DNA of 61,396 nucleotides from an uncultured Planctomycetales bacterium (GTDB taxonomy: Bacteria > Omnitrophota > Gorgyraeia > Aquiviventales > Aquiviventaceae), in NCBI GenBank assembly GCA_964624155.1, contig CAZUWM010000003.1, positions 1 to 61,396 on the forward strand, read 5' to 3'. Made by a program: the position numbers and the translations under genes. Below are positions 35,176-44,716 of this stretch, one piece after another; positions within the stretch are counted from its first letter, which is position 1; every line of letters starts with the position of its first letter. Below the pieces are notes generated by a model that saw only the letters and a program-made list of their open reading frames with translations, was not told the origin of the DNA and searched no databases.

Positions 35176-35787
35176 TCAGAGGAGCTTCACGCCGGCGGCG
35201 CGGTGGAACCTCGCGATGGCTCGCTGAGTATCGAACGACGGGCCCCAGAGGGTCCGACCAGAGGTTTGGAGAAAATGCTCGACGTGCCGGCGGAAGTCGA
35301 ACTGTGCCAGCGAGCGAGGGCTGGCTCGTAGCGCCTTTCCCCAGACATTGACCGCAAGAGCCCAGGGAATCCGTTGGCGACGCAAGGTGGCCGCGACGTC
35401 ACGTTGATCGAGCTCAAGATAGCGTGTGAGCTTACCGATCGCCCAGTAGAGCGGATCCAGCACTCGCACCTCGATGGTCCCAAACCGCCGGTAGCGTGTC
35501 GTCCTCCTGGCATAATCCAGCAAGCTGATCATGCCCCACCGGTCGATATCCTCCGCATAGTTGACGTCGATGCGAGTCTGCGCCGTCGCCTGGCTGATGG
35601 CCGCTTCGAACGCCCTCCATTGTTGAGGCGATCGGCGGCGCAGGCGGACCGCAAAATCGATGTCGCGGCTGGCGCGGGGATTGCCGAACAGGGTGCCGGC
35701 CGCGGCCCCCGTCACCATTACGGTCGCCTTGCCGTTGAACCGTCGGCTCAACTCCAAGAAAAACCGATTGATGTCTCGTTTGGTCAT
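35176..35787 (-). CDS. DUF6036-like nucleotidyltransferase-fold protein
   Basis: VTGAAA..G..RASRDIDF, IGKLTRYLELDQRDV; ATGA overlap with the upstream HTH gene. Confidence 0.7.
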   Translation of the reverse strand: MTKRDINRFFLELSRRFNGKATVMVTGAAAGTLFGNPRASRDIDFAVRLRRRSPQQWRAFEAAISQATAQTRIDVNYAEDIDRWGMISLLDYARRTTRYRRFGTIEVRVLDPLYWAIGKLTRYLELDQRDVAATLRRQRIPWALAVNVWGKALRASPRSLAQFDFRRHVEHFLQTSGRTLWGPSFDTQRAIARFHRAAGVKLL

Positions 35788-36305
35788 GGGCGATGCAACC
35801 GGTCCGTGATGCGCGACAGCAAACTGTCCACCACGCTCGATGGATAGCGCGCACGAAGTCGTAACCACGCGAGGTTGGTTTTCCGGTTGCTCCAGCGCGG
35901 GGTCTTCCAGGGTTTGTGATAGGCGTGCGCTTTGGGGGCCACGAGCCTGCGTAATGTCTCGACCAGAAACCGATCCGCTTCGCGACGCACCGGCGCTCCG
36001 CTGACCACGTGATCGGCGAGGCGCTCCATCTCCTCCCGCGAGAGCTGGCGTCCGGGGTGGCCTTCCGACGGAGGCAGTAATCCATCAACGAGCATCCCAG
36101 GTTGTACGTTGAGGGCGGAGGCCAGAGCCCGCAAGGTTTGCAGCGTGACCTCTCGCCTGCCTCCTTCAATTGCCGAGAGGTTGGAGCGAGGGATGTGGCT
36201 GCGCGCCGCCAACGCCTGTTGCGTCATCCCGCGAGACATGCGCCAGAAGAGCACCGTCTCTCCGAAGGGAGTCATGGAATCATGATTGTCGTAGTTGTAC
36301 GACAT
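35784..36305 (-). CDS. XRE-family HTH protein
   Basis: RGMTQQALAARSHIPRSNLSAIEGGRREVTLQTL; promoter TTGACA-N17-TAGACT at 36343-36315. Confidence 0.85.
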   Translation of the reverse strand: MSYNYDNHDSMTPFGETVLFWRMSRGMTQQALAARSHIPRSNLSAIEGGRREVTLQTLRALASALNVQPGMLVDGLLPPSEGHPGRQLSREEMERLADHVVSGAPVRREADRFLVETLRRLVAPKAHAYHKPWKTPRWSNRKTNLAWLRLRARYPSSVVDSLLSRITDRLHRP

Positions 36306-36361
36306 TCATGACTTAGTCTACCTGGAGGGAGGCTTCGTGTCAAGCGAGGATCGACGGATGA

Positions 36362-37882
36362 TCACTGTTCTTCAAAAATCTGATCTTGGAAGGTGAAGAG
36401 GTCGGCGGATTGCCAGGCATCGGGAGGCAGGCCGGCTTTTTGGGAGGCGAGCTCGCGCAAGAACTCCAGGCGGGTCCAGCCGGTTTCGTGCCACACCTGC
36501 GGGAGAAACAACCCGCTGCGACCATCCTTCTGCAAGATCACCCCGTCGCGCCCGGCGACAATCTCTTGAGCCGATGGGACCGGCTGGGAAGGGGTGAGGA
36601 TCGACACCTCGATGGAGACCTGATCCAACTCTTCAGCCGTCATCGGCGCAAAACGCGTATCGCGCAGCGCCGCATCCATGGTCACGATCGGCAGGAGCTG
36701 AGCCAGCGGTACATCGCTTTCGATGCGGCCGATACAACCGCGCAACTCCTTGTTGGCGCGCCGTCGCAGCGTGACGAACATCCCCTGCTTGTTTGAAAGC
36801 TCCGGAAACGACTCGAGCGACACCGGCGCCGCACTGCGGGGATGGAAGTAATGCTGCAATGTTGCGCGGGCCGCGCGCACCAACGCCATCCCCGCCTCCG
36901 AGGAGAGAGGAGAGGAGGGCGACGTGATCAGGGGCACGACGTACAGATCAATGGCGGCATAGCCCACCACGCCACGGCTCTTGTCGCCGGTCGTATCACC
37001 TGAGTTCGCATAGTGGAGGAGGCGGGGCTTCTGATAGCCGAGACGCTCGGTGAGTGAGAGCGCAGCCAGGATCGGCCCTCGACCACACGCCTCGAGATGG
37101 CCAGCCTGAAACAATCGATCCACGGCGCTGGAGGTTTCGCGCAAGATGAGGTTGATCGTCTGCTCGTCACGTCGCTTTGCGTCATCATAGGGGTGGTAGT
37201 GCGACAAATCTGTGCTGAAGACGAACAGATAATTGTCCTGCTTGGCGAGTGTGGCGAGCGAGTCAGCGAGCGCCTGCGCATCTTTCAAGTCCACACTGCC
37301 CATCAGAATGGGAATCAGCTTGAAGTCGCCAAGGGTGACTTGGAGAAACGGCAGCATCACCTCGATCGAGTGCTCCCCGGAGGCATGCGCCGACTCTACG
37401 TGCGAGAGGCCGGGTTGCAGCATCAGCCATGCGGCAACATTGGTATCAATGGGAATGACCCCAAGCGGGGTCTGGTAGCCATCACGGTCATCCACCGAGC
37501 TGCCCTCAAATTGGCCGCGGTGGGTGAACCCAACGACGACAACCCCCTCGTAGGAGTGCCCTTGCACCTGGCGAAACGCGCGGGCGGCCACGGGGCCGGA
37601 ATATTCGTATCCAGCGTGAGGGACGATCAGGACGCTCGGCACAGGGGCTGAGGCGTCGGGCTCAGGCTGCTGGCTGAGGAGCTGTGTGACGAGGGCGCGA
37701 AGGGCGGTTGGGTCGTCCGGATAAAACGAGCCCGCAACCTGCGCTTCCCTGACCTCCGCACCGACCACAGAAGTCACAGATAGACAGAAACACACCACAG
37801 ATAACACACAGATAAATCTTCTGTACCCTCTGTGGAGCAGCTGTGTCATCTGTGGAGTTTCTGTGGCATCTGTGGTGATCAT
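36362..37882 (-). CDS. AmmeMemoRadiSam protein B (MEMO1) + protein A (AMMECR1) fusion
   Basis: VAGSFYP, PHAGYEYSG, EHSIEV.LPFLQ, STDLSHY, ANSGD; GMFVTL..LRGCIG, DTRF, LFLPQVW, LASQKAG. Confidence 0.92.
   Translation of the reverse strand: MITTDATETPQMTQLLHRGYRRFICVLSVVCFCLSVTSVVGAEVREAQVAGSFYPDDPTALRALVTQLLSQQPEPDASAPVPSVLIVPHAGYEYSGPVAARAFRQVQGHSYEGVVVVGFTHRGQFEGSSVDDRDGYQTPLGVIPIDTNVAAWLMLQPGLSHVESAHASGEHSIEVMLPFLQVTLGDFKLIPILMGSVDLKDAQALADSLATLAKQDNYLFVFSTDLSHYHPYDDAKRRDEQTINLILRETSSAVDRLFQAGHLEACGRGPILAALSLTERLGYQKPRLLHYANSGDTTGDKSRGVVGYAAIDLYVVPLITSPSSPLSSEAGMALVRAARATLQHYFHPRSAAPVSLESFPELSNKQGMFVTLRRRANKELRGCIGRIESDVPLAQLLPIVTMDAALRDTRFAPMTAEELDQVSIEVSILTPSQPVPSAQEIVAGRDGVILQKDGRSGLFLPQVWHETGWTRLEFLRELASQKAGLPPDAWQSADLFTFQDQIFEEQ
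37765..37880. repeat. CACAGA/TCTGTG repeat element, copy in the Memo-Amme gene 5' end
   Basis: Same unit structure as 3851-3960 and shares a 17-mer with it. Confidence 0.75.
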
Positions 37883-38769
37883 GACGGCCCGCGCGCTCCC
37901 AACACGATGAGGGGATGTCGCCGCGCCACCTCGACCCTCAAACGATCGCCAAATCGCAGGGGATGGCGGATGTGCGGCCCGTCAATAAACGCCGCGCCCT
38001 CGCGCATCAGCCACGTCACCTCCACAACGGCATCCAGCGGCAGCACTCCACCGGTCAGCCGGTAGCGATGCAGCCGCCCCTCATACAATTCGCGGGGACG
38101 GTACTGGAATCGCCTCGCGTCCCATGCCAATCGCCGGCCACCCGCCGCAAGAATCGCGCTGCTGGAGCCAGCAGCCGTCGCGACCCACAAGCCGGAGCTT
38201 TTCTGGTCTTCGCGGCGAGCGCCGAGCTTCAGATGATAGCGGCTCATCGTGGCGGGATTATCATGCACGATCAAGACATCGTTGAGCACGAAGGGCTTGA
38301 GGAGACGACCGTTGAGTCGGAGCTGAAGCCGCGTCAGCGCAGCACCTCCCAGTTGACCTTCTACGGCTCGACGCAGGATGCGCCTGACGCTCTGGCGCGT
38401 CGCCGCGCAGAAGACCGCTTCGCTGCGTGTCGGATCGGAGTTGACCCCGACGACGGGAACGCCGTCCACCAGATGGGAAGCCTGCAGGAGGGTCCCGTCA
38501 CCCCCAACCGAGACGACCAGGTCATAGCGAGCGGCGGATCGCAGCTCTCCACGATAGACCACATCGAAGCGCACCCCGAGATCGCGCACGGCCTGGATGA
38601 CCGCCTCCAGCGTGCGTTGGTGAACCCGGTGCGCGACTAACAGATCGCGCGCCTCCGGATGACGCGCCTGGAGGAGCGCTCGCAGATGCCGATCGCGGCG
38701 CTCCACCACGTGGAGCTGGTAGGCGCTTTTCTTGTACACGACCAGGATTCGCGAGGGACCCGTTGACAT
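37879..38769 (-). CDS. NAD(+) kinase
   Basis: [35 protein letters not shown]. Confidence 0.9.
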   Translation of the reverse strand: MSTGPSRILVVYKKSAYQLHVVERRDRHLRALLQARHPEARDLLVAHRVHQRTLEAVIQAVRDLGVRFDVVYRGELRSAARYDLVVSVGGDGTLLQASHLVDGVPVVGVNSDPTRSEAVFCAATRQSVRRILRRAVEGQLGGAALTRLQLRLNGRLLKPFVLNDVLIVHDNPATMSRYHLKLGARREDQKSSGLWVATAAGSSSAILAAGGRRLAWDARRFQYRPRELYEGRLHRYRLTGGVLPLDAVVEVTWLMREGAAFIDGPHIRHPLRFGDRLRVEVARRHPLIVLGARGPS

Positions 38770-38800
38770 GACGGAACTAGTATACTATGCTACCGCCAAG

Positions 38801-39019
38801 ATGGCTAAAGAGGAAGGGGTCGAAATTGAAGGGATTATCGTGGAACGGCTGCGCAATTCCCGCTTCCGCGTGAAAATCCCCGGCGATCATCTGGTCTTGG
38901 CGTATCTCTCCGGCAAGATGCGCCACCACGCCATCCGCATCCTGGAAGGCGACACGGTCCGTCTGCTCCTCTCCCCCTATGACCTCACTCAGGGACGCAT
39001 CGTGTACCGGGTGAAGTAG
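38801..39019 (+). CDS. infA: Translation initiation factor IF-1
   Basis: IEIEG-like start, [30 protein letters not shown]; promoter TTGACA(38763)-N17-TATGCT. Confidence 0.9.
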   Translation: MAKEEGVEIEGIIVERLRNSRFRVKIPGDHLVLAYLSGKMRHHAIRILEGDTVRLLLSPYDLTQGRIVYRVK

Positions 39020-39099
39020 CTTGACGTAATGTTTGATAATTTTTGTTGATTTTTGATAATAAAGTTGCTATAGTTTGCCAACTAAAAAGGAGGGTACCC

Positions 39100-39438
39100 A
39101 TGACCAAACGGTTAGGGGTAATGGCCGTGGTTCTCGCGTTGATAGTGGCTCCAACCGCAGTGTTTGCGGCAAGCCCGTGGGCGCAAGAGGCCACCTATGT
39201 GGGCAAGGCGAAGGGCAAGCTCGTCTACGGCCTGAAGAACGGCCTGCTCGGCTGGACCGAGATCTTCAGCGAACCGGCGGAAGCTATCCAAGGGGGTGGC
39301 AATTTCTTCGTCGGTATTGCTGAGGGGCTCTTCAACGGTGTCGGGCAGACCATCGGCGGGGCGTTGCACCTCGCGACCTTCCCGATTCCGCAAATCGACG
39401 TTCCCCTTCCGGAAGGCGGGACATCACTCCTTCAATAA
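39100..39438 (+). CDS. Secreted TIGR04073-like (exosortase-associated) small protein
   Basis: Signal peptide, KLVYGLKNGLLGWTEI, GIAEG, TFPIP; SD AGGAGG. Confidence 0.65.
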   Translation: MTKRLGVMAVVLALIVAPTAVFAASPWAQEATYVGKAKGKLVYGLKNGLLGWTEIFSEPAEAIQGGGNFFVGIAEGLFNGVGQTIGGALHLATFPIPQIDVPLPEGGTSLLQ

Positions 39439-39461
39439 GTCCTGATCGTTCTTGATAAGAC

Positions 39462-39500
39462 AAAAGGCCCTTGGGGATCTTCCCGAGGGCCTTTTTATTT
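39462..39500. terminator. Bidirectional terminator between convergent genes
   Basis: AAAAGGCCCTTGGG..CCCGAGGGCCTTTT. Confidence 0.8.
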
Positions 39501-39520
39501 GGCTGATAAAAAATATCTTG

Positions 39521-41149
39521 TCAAGTCCATGCGCCCCGCAACGCCGTGAGGGCATCATCCGTCACAGCGGAGGGCGCGCGATCGGTGGAGAGCTTCGTCC
39601 ACTGGGAGGACGTCCAGCCACGGACGGGCTCAAACCCTTCCCTCAGGCGATCATAGTGTTCTGGCTTGGCCTCTGAGAGATCACGCCTCTGTGCATATCG
39701 TGCCCCGAGGCGCTGGATCGCCACCGCTCGCGGCGCCGTGCACTCGAAGAAATGAAACGAGGCGCCGTGGCGTCGCGCGATCTGAGCCAGCGTCCGGCGG
39801 CCTTCGGCTTTCGAGAAGGTCCCATCGCAGATGACCGAGCGGCCCTGGCGCACGAGGGCGTCGGCGCGCTGGATGAGCCGCTGGTAAACCAGCGCGGAGA
39901 CGCGCGGCGCATAGAGCCCATCGGCAAATCCTGACCCCGCCTCTGCTTCGCCGCCTGGCTTCGCAGCAGCAAGCCGCCGAAATCGCGCAAATTCTTTCAG
40001 TCGAATCTCATCCGTCCGAAGCCAGACCGCGCCCAGTCGCTCGGCGAGGGCCTTCGCGAGTGTGCTCTTCCCTGTCCCGATGAGCCCGCCGACGGCGATG
40101 AGTCGAGGCGGCGCAAACTGGCGGGTGTAGCGAAGCGCCAGGGCGAAGTGCCGCCGGGACAGCTCCCGAAGCCGACGACCTTCTGGAGTACGTGGATGTT
40201 GGAGCCACGCCAGTCCCCTGACCTTCCCTCGCACGAGAGTCCGATGGCACTTGTAGAACGGGAGCAGTAGATCACCGGTCGAATCGTTGAACCCTCGTCG
40301 ATACTGAGCGACCAACGCGTCGGCCAACCGGCGTTTCCCTCGGAATTCCAAATCCATCACGAGGAAGCTCAGGTCGTTCACCGCATCACCGCACCGAAAC
40401 GCCGGTTGAAACTCCACGCAGTCGAAGATCGTCACCGGATCAGTCACGCAAATATTTTCACAGCGCAAGTCGCCGTGCCCGTCAACGATCCGTCTCTCAC
40501 GGATTCGCTGCTGCAGTAGGGGTCCATGGAGGGTGAGAAATTGACGATACGCCGACTCCAGGAATCGGCGATCCGACTCAGAGACGAGCCGCCCGACGAA
40601 GGGGGCGCACTCCTGCAGATTGCCTAGCACCAACTGGGCGACGGCTGCTGGGGTGCCGAAGCGAGTAATTTGCGCGCTGCGTGCCGCGCGCTTGAAGAAC
40701 CGAACCAAGGTCTGCCCGATGTGGAGCATGTCGCCTCGGCCGACTCGGCGTCTTGCCACGAGCTGATCGAGCATGCGCGCTTCGGGCAGTCGGCGCATCT
40801 TGACGAGCCATTCAACCGTCTTCCCCCGCCCCCCAAGCTGAAGCGCTCCTCCTCGTTCCACGACCGGCACAAGACCGAGATAGATGCGGGGAGCTAAGCG
40901 CCGATTGAGAGCAAGCTCCAAACCACACCATCGCTTGCGCAGCGAAAGCGTGGAGGCGTCGAGGAACGGAAACTTCACCGGCTTCTTGAGCTTGTACGCG
41001 AACGATCCGGCGAGGAAGACATGGGAGACATGCGTCTCGCGGCGCTCCACCCGATCGACCGCGTGAGGATAGTTCGCGGGATCTGAGAAGAACGAGACGA
41101 GACGACGTTCGTGCGTGGCCAGAACGGTGGACTTACGTGAGTTTCCCAA
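39521..41149 (-). CDS. Bifunctional aminoglycoside-phosphotransferase-like / AAA_33 P-loop kinase
   Basis: ETHVS, YKLKKPV, DGHGDLR.ENI, FDCVEF; GGLIGTGKS (Walker A). Start uncertain (TTG 41149 or 41194). Confidence 0.88.
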   Translation of the reverse strand: MGNSRKSTVLATHERRLVSFFSDPANYPHAVDRVERRETHVSHVFLAGSFAYKLKKPVKFPFLDASTLSLRKRWCGLELALNRRLAPRIYLGLVPVVERGGALQLGGRGKTVEWLVKMRRLPEARMLDQLVARRRVGRGDMLHIGQTLVRFFKRAARSAQITRFGTPAAVAQLVLGNLQECAPFVGRLVSESDRRFLESAYRQFLTLHGPLLQQRIRERRIVDGHGDLRCENICVTDPVTIFDCVEFQPAFRCGDAVNDLSFLVMDLEFRGKRRLADALVAQYRRGFNDSTGDLLLPFYKCHRTLVRGKVRGLAWLQHPRTPEGRRLRELSRRHFALALRYTRQFAPPRLIAVGGLIGTGKSTLAKALAERLGAVWLRTDEIRLKEFARFRRLAAAKPGGEAEAGSGFADGLYAPRVSALVYQRLIQRADALVRQGRSVICDGTFSKAEGRRTLAQIARRHGASFHFFECTAPRAVAIQRLGARYAQRRDLSEAKPEHYDRLREGFEPVRGWTSSQWTKLSTDRAPSAVTDDALTALRGAWT

Positions 41150-41753
41150 CGGTGTACGATGACCGAATGCTCGCCCAGATCGCCAGCATCCCAAGGCCGA
41201 TGGCCAAGAGGAGCGCGGGGGCGCTTATCGCGCCGTAGTGAGCCGGCGCGAGCATGCCGAAGAGCATGGGACCGGAGAGGAACGTATTGATCCGAGAGGT
41301 CAGCAGCGCCCGTTTCCTCACCGCCGGAGCCTGTTCGGCCGGGACTTTGCCGGTCAGCAGACGCTTCTGGGCCGGCCAGATGATGAACCACACGTTGAAC
41401 CACATGATGGTTCCCAACAGCATACCGAACAAAATCCACATGGCCCGCTGGGTCATTCCCATCGTATCGATCAACAAACTGGTCGGCCCAAATCCTACCC
41501 CTGGGGTATAGAAGTAGGTCAGGACAAACAGCGTCAGGCCGGCGAGGAAGGTGATCATCGCGCCCCACCGGAACCACCACAAGACTCGCGGCATCAGTTG
41601 CGGATTGACGGCCTTTTTGGTGGCGTCATCGAGCGAACCTTGGAGGGGGACATTGACGAAGTTGAAAAAATAGAGATGTCCGATCCAGGTAATGCCCGCG
41701 ATCACATGGAGCCATCGGACGATCAAGTGGACGTTGCTGTAGAGATCCGGCAT
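41133..41753 (-). CDS. Membrane protein of the urate-oxidase-N / PuuD-like family
   Basis: RWLHVIAGITWIG.LYFFNFV, WWFRWGA, IM.FNVW.IIWP.Q, SRINT.LS.PMLF.M. Confidence 0.75.
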   Translation of the reverse strand: MPDLYSNVHLIVRWLHVIAGITWIGHLYFFNFVNVPLQGSLDDATKKAVNPQLMPRVLWWFRWGAMITFLAGLTLFVLTYFYTPGVGFGPTSLLIDTMGMTQRAMWILFGMLLGTIMWFNVWFIIWPAQKRLLTGKVPAEQAPAVRKRALLTSRINTFLSGPMLFGMLAPAHYGAISAPALLLAIGLGMLAIWASIRSSYTVGKLT

Positions 41754-41986
41754 GGTCGCTCACCCTCCTTCAATGAAGGCACACGTTACGGAGTCCGCAG
41801 GACGACGTAACGTGTCGTGCCTGAATTGAACCCCGCACCCAGCCGAACCAACGTTGGTCGTCTAGGTGTGAGGTCTGCTCAGTTCGAAACGCGCTGAAAC
41901 TCATTTCACGCTCCAACATCCATTGTGCTGGGTGCGGGGTACGTTCGGCCAGCCCTTTACGTCACCGTGTTCCGTAAAGGGCTGCC
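41754..41986 (-). ncRNA. Unrecognised structured leader RNA, copy 2
   Basis: Homologue of 32930-33163; promoter TTGATG-N16-TATAAT at 42020-41993. Confidence 0.7.
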
Positions 41987-42003
41987 TCACGTATTATACA
42001 CCC

Positions 42004-44205
42004 TCACCGAACCGCATCAAGGAGTTCCACCATCTTCGCGACATCGGTGGTCGGCAGATTACACAGATAGTTCTGGCAGACGTAGGCGGTGGATTGGCCC
42101 TGAAGCGGTAGTTGATTCGCCACAAACGGGATCAGGGCTTCGATCGCGCTGGCCTTTGACCCGCTCGGATGAAACGCCGCAACCGCTCTGGGGAGGAAGC
42201 GACGGTGAACCGCCTGAATCATGGACTGAGTCTGTGGAGTGGAGGGATCGCCGGCGATGACGATCTCTTGCGAGGGGCCCAGCCAATGATCCAGGGCGAT
42301 GAGAAACTGGGGAAAGGCGTGCGGAGCGCGGGCCACCTCTCCCGAGAAGGCTTCGATGAGCCGCTTCGCCTTCTCCTGCAGGACGTCATCCATCGTCAGC
42401 GTGCCTAAGCGAACCAACACCAGGGCGGCCACCGAGTTGCCTGACGGAACCGCGCCGTCGTACAACTCCTTGGTGCGGGCGATGAGGGTTTCATTCTTGG
42501 CGCCGCCCAGGAACAACCCGCCTGAGGAGTCATCCCAGAAGAGCCGCACCATCTCGTTCGTCAACCGTTTCGCCTCCGAGAGCCAGCGCGCGTCGAACGT
42601 CGCCTCGTAGAGCTCCAGCAAGCCCCAGCTCAAGAAGGCGTAGTCATCGAGGAACGCTGGGATGGCGGCTTCCCCGTCTCGATAGCGATGCAGGAGCCTC
42701 CCCTTCTGTTGAAGACGATCCAGCACGAATGACGCCGCCCGCGTCGCCTCCTCTGCATACTGCGGCTCTCCCAACGCTTTGGCCCCGTAGGCGAGGACGC
42801 CGATCATCAGGCCGTTCCAGTCGGTGAGGATTTTGTCATCGCGGTGCGGCCGCTTCCGACGGTTTCGAGCCTCCAACAGTTTGGCCCGCGCGGCGTCAAG
42901 CCGCGTCTGAACCGACGGGTCGGGGGATGTCGCCGTCGTCAGAATCGTCGTGCCGTTCTCTCCGCCAAACTGATTGGCGGATCCGCCATGCTGTGTGGCG
43001 GAAAAGTTCCCGGCCAGCGTCACGCCAAACGCTTCCATGACGAAGGCGGCGTCTTCCTCGCCAACCACCGTCTTGATCTCCTCCGGCGTCCAGACGTAAA
43101 ACTCCCCTTCCTTCCCCACCTCGCCAGCATCCTCTGCGGAATAGAACGCGCCCTCGGGACCGCGCAGATCCCGCAGCACGTAGGTGAAGATGTCCCTCGC
43201 CGTCTGGGCGTACGAGGCGTTGCCGGTCACTTGATAGGCTTCGAGGTACGTCCGCGCCAGCAGCGCCTGATCGTAGAGCATCTTCTCAAAATGCGGGACC
43301 AGCCACTGCTCATCTGTCGAGTAGCGGTGGAAGCCTCCGCCCAGATGGTCGTGAATGCCGCCCCGCGCCATGGCATCCAGCGTTTCCTCGACCATCTTCA
43401 GCAGCTGGGGATCGCGCTGCCGATACCACACCCTCAACAGGAACGACAGCGCATGGCTGCGGGGAAACTTCGGGGCTGAGCCGAATCCGCCATGGGTGGG
43501 GTCATACTGGTTGCTGAACTGGACCGCCGCGGTTTGCAGTGTTTCAAGGCCCACGGACGACGAGACGGTGCGTTCGGCGCCGGCCTGCAGAGCTTGGGTA
43601 ATGGATTGACTCGAGGTGAGGAGGTCGTGGCGTTTGGTCTGCCAGGACTCGTGGATCGAGCGCAAGACCGTCTTGAACCCCGGTCGGCCGAACGCGTCCT
43701 CCGGAGGAAAATACGTCCCACCCCAAAACGGTTTGCCCTCCGGAGTCAAGAACACGGTCATCGGCCAGCCGCCTTGCCCCGACATCGCTTGGACCGCGCT
43801 CATGTAGAGCGCATCGAGGTCGGGACGCTCCTCCCGATCGACCTTGATCGAGACAAACCAGTCGTTCATCAATTTGGCAATCTCTGGACTCTCGAAGGAT
43901 TCCTGCTCCATGACATGACACCAGTAACAGGTGGAATAGCCGATAGAGAGCAGGATCGGCTTGTCTTCCCGCTTGGCGCGGGCCAACGCCTCCTCCCCCC
44001 ATGGATACCAGTCCACGGGGTTGTGGGCGTGCTGCAAGAGGTAGGGACTCTTTTCTTTAATCAGGCGATTGGATTGGCGAGCGGTCTGTTCCTGCGCCAT
44101 GCGCGTGGGCTCTGTAGTGGTCCGTGGACGGATGCCGGCCACCCACAGGGTAGCCGCCATCCCGGCGACCACGGCCATCAACAACCACCACTTCCTTTTT
44201 ACCAT
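42004..44205 (-). CDS. YyaL/SPATA20-like protein (DUF255 thioredoxin plus alpha/alpha-barrel)
   Basis: [58 protein letters not shown]. Confidence 0.93.
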   Translation of the reverse strand: MVKRKWWLLMAVVAGMAATLWVAGIRPRTTTEPTRMAQEQTARQSNRLIKEKSPYLLQHAHNPVDWYPWGEEALARAKREDKPILLSIGYSTCYWCHVMEQESFESPEIAKLMNDWFVSIKVDREERPDLDALYMSAVQAMSGQGGWPMTVFLTPEGKPFWGGTYFPPEDAFGRPGFKTVLRSIHESWQTKRHDLLTSSQSITQALQAGAERTVSSSVGLETLQTAAVQFSNQYDPTHGGFGSAPKFPRSHALSFLLRVWYRQRDPQLLKMVEETLDAMARGGIHDHLGGGFHRYSTDEQWLVPHFEKMLYDQALLARTYLEAYQVTGNASYAQTARDIFTYVLRDLRGPEGAFYSAEDAGEVGKEGEFYVWTPEEIKTVVGEEDAAFVMEAFGVTLAGNFSATQHGGSANQFGGENGTTILTTATSPDPSVQTRLDAARAKLLEARNRRKRPHRDDKILTDWNGLMIGVLAYGAKALGEPQYAEEATRAASFVLDRLQQKGRLLHRYRDGEAAIPAFLDDYAFLSWGLLELYEATFDARWLSEAKRLTNEMVRLFWDDSSGGLFLGGAKNETLIARTKELYDGAVPSGNSVAALVLVRLGTLTMDDVLQEKAKRLIEAFSGEVARAPHAFPQFLIALDHWLGPSQEIVIAGDPSTPQTQSMIQAVHRRFLPRAVAAFHPSGSKASAIEALIPFVANQLPLQGQSTAYVCQNYLCNLPTTDVAKMVELLDAVR

Positions 44206-44271
44206 GACCGTTCCCCATCATACAACTACTTGCTTTCTGGGTCTACTCATGCTAGAGTGCCCCCACTTCAC

Positions 44272-44622
44272 ATGCTACGGTCACGGTGCGTCACTTTCAC
44301 TGTGGTGCTGACTTTCCTCGTGATCGGCTTCTTCAGCGCTCCCTCTGTCACTCACGCCGCCGGTCCCACCACCAAACTCGGTCGCGGACTCACCAATGTC
44401 GTCACCGGATGGGTGGAAATCCCCAAGCGCATCGCGGAAACCTCCCAGGTTCAAGGGATGGCTGCCGGGCTGACGTGGGGGCTGTTGCGCGGCCTGGGCT
44501 ACGGATTCGTCCGCACCGCCGCCGGTTTCTACGAGGTCTTCACCTTCCCGGTTGCCGCCCCTCCCAACTATGAACCGGTGATCCAACCCGAATATGTCTT
44601 TCTGGAGGAATCTCGTGAGTAA
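44272..44622 (+). CDS. Secreted TIGR04073-like (exosortase-associated) small protein
   Basis: Signal peptide, KLGRGLTNVVTGWVEIP, G.YEVFTFP, PVIQPEYV. Confidence 0.75.
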   Translation: MLRSRCVTFTVVLTFLVIGFFSAPSVTHAAGPTTKLGRGLTNVVTGWVEIPKRIAETSQVQGMAAGLTWGLLRGLGYGFVRTAAGFYEVFTFPVAAPPNYEPVIQPEYVFLEESRE

Positions 44623-44716
44623 CGCACCACTCGTGTTCATCCCCCGCCACGTTCCTTCCCCGTGTGTCGGGATGGTGCAGCTCATCGTGCGTGAAATTCA
44701 ACACAGGAGGTGAAGG

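Noticed and set aside
43492-44271. N-terminal 260 aa of the 376-aa plus-strand ORF
   Set aside because: Antisense shadow of the YyaL-like gene; only 44272-44622 looks like a real gene.
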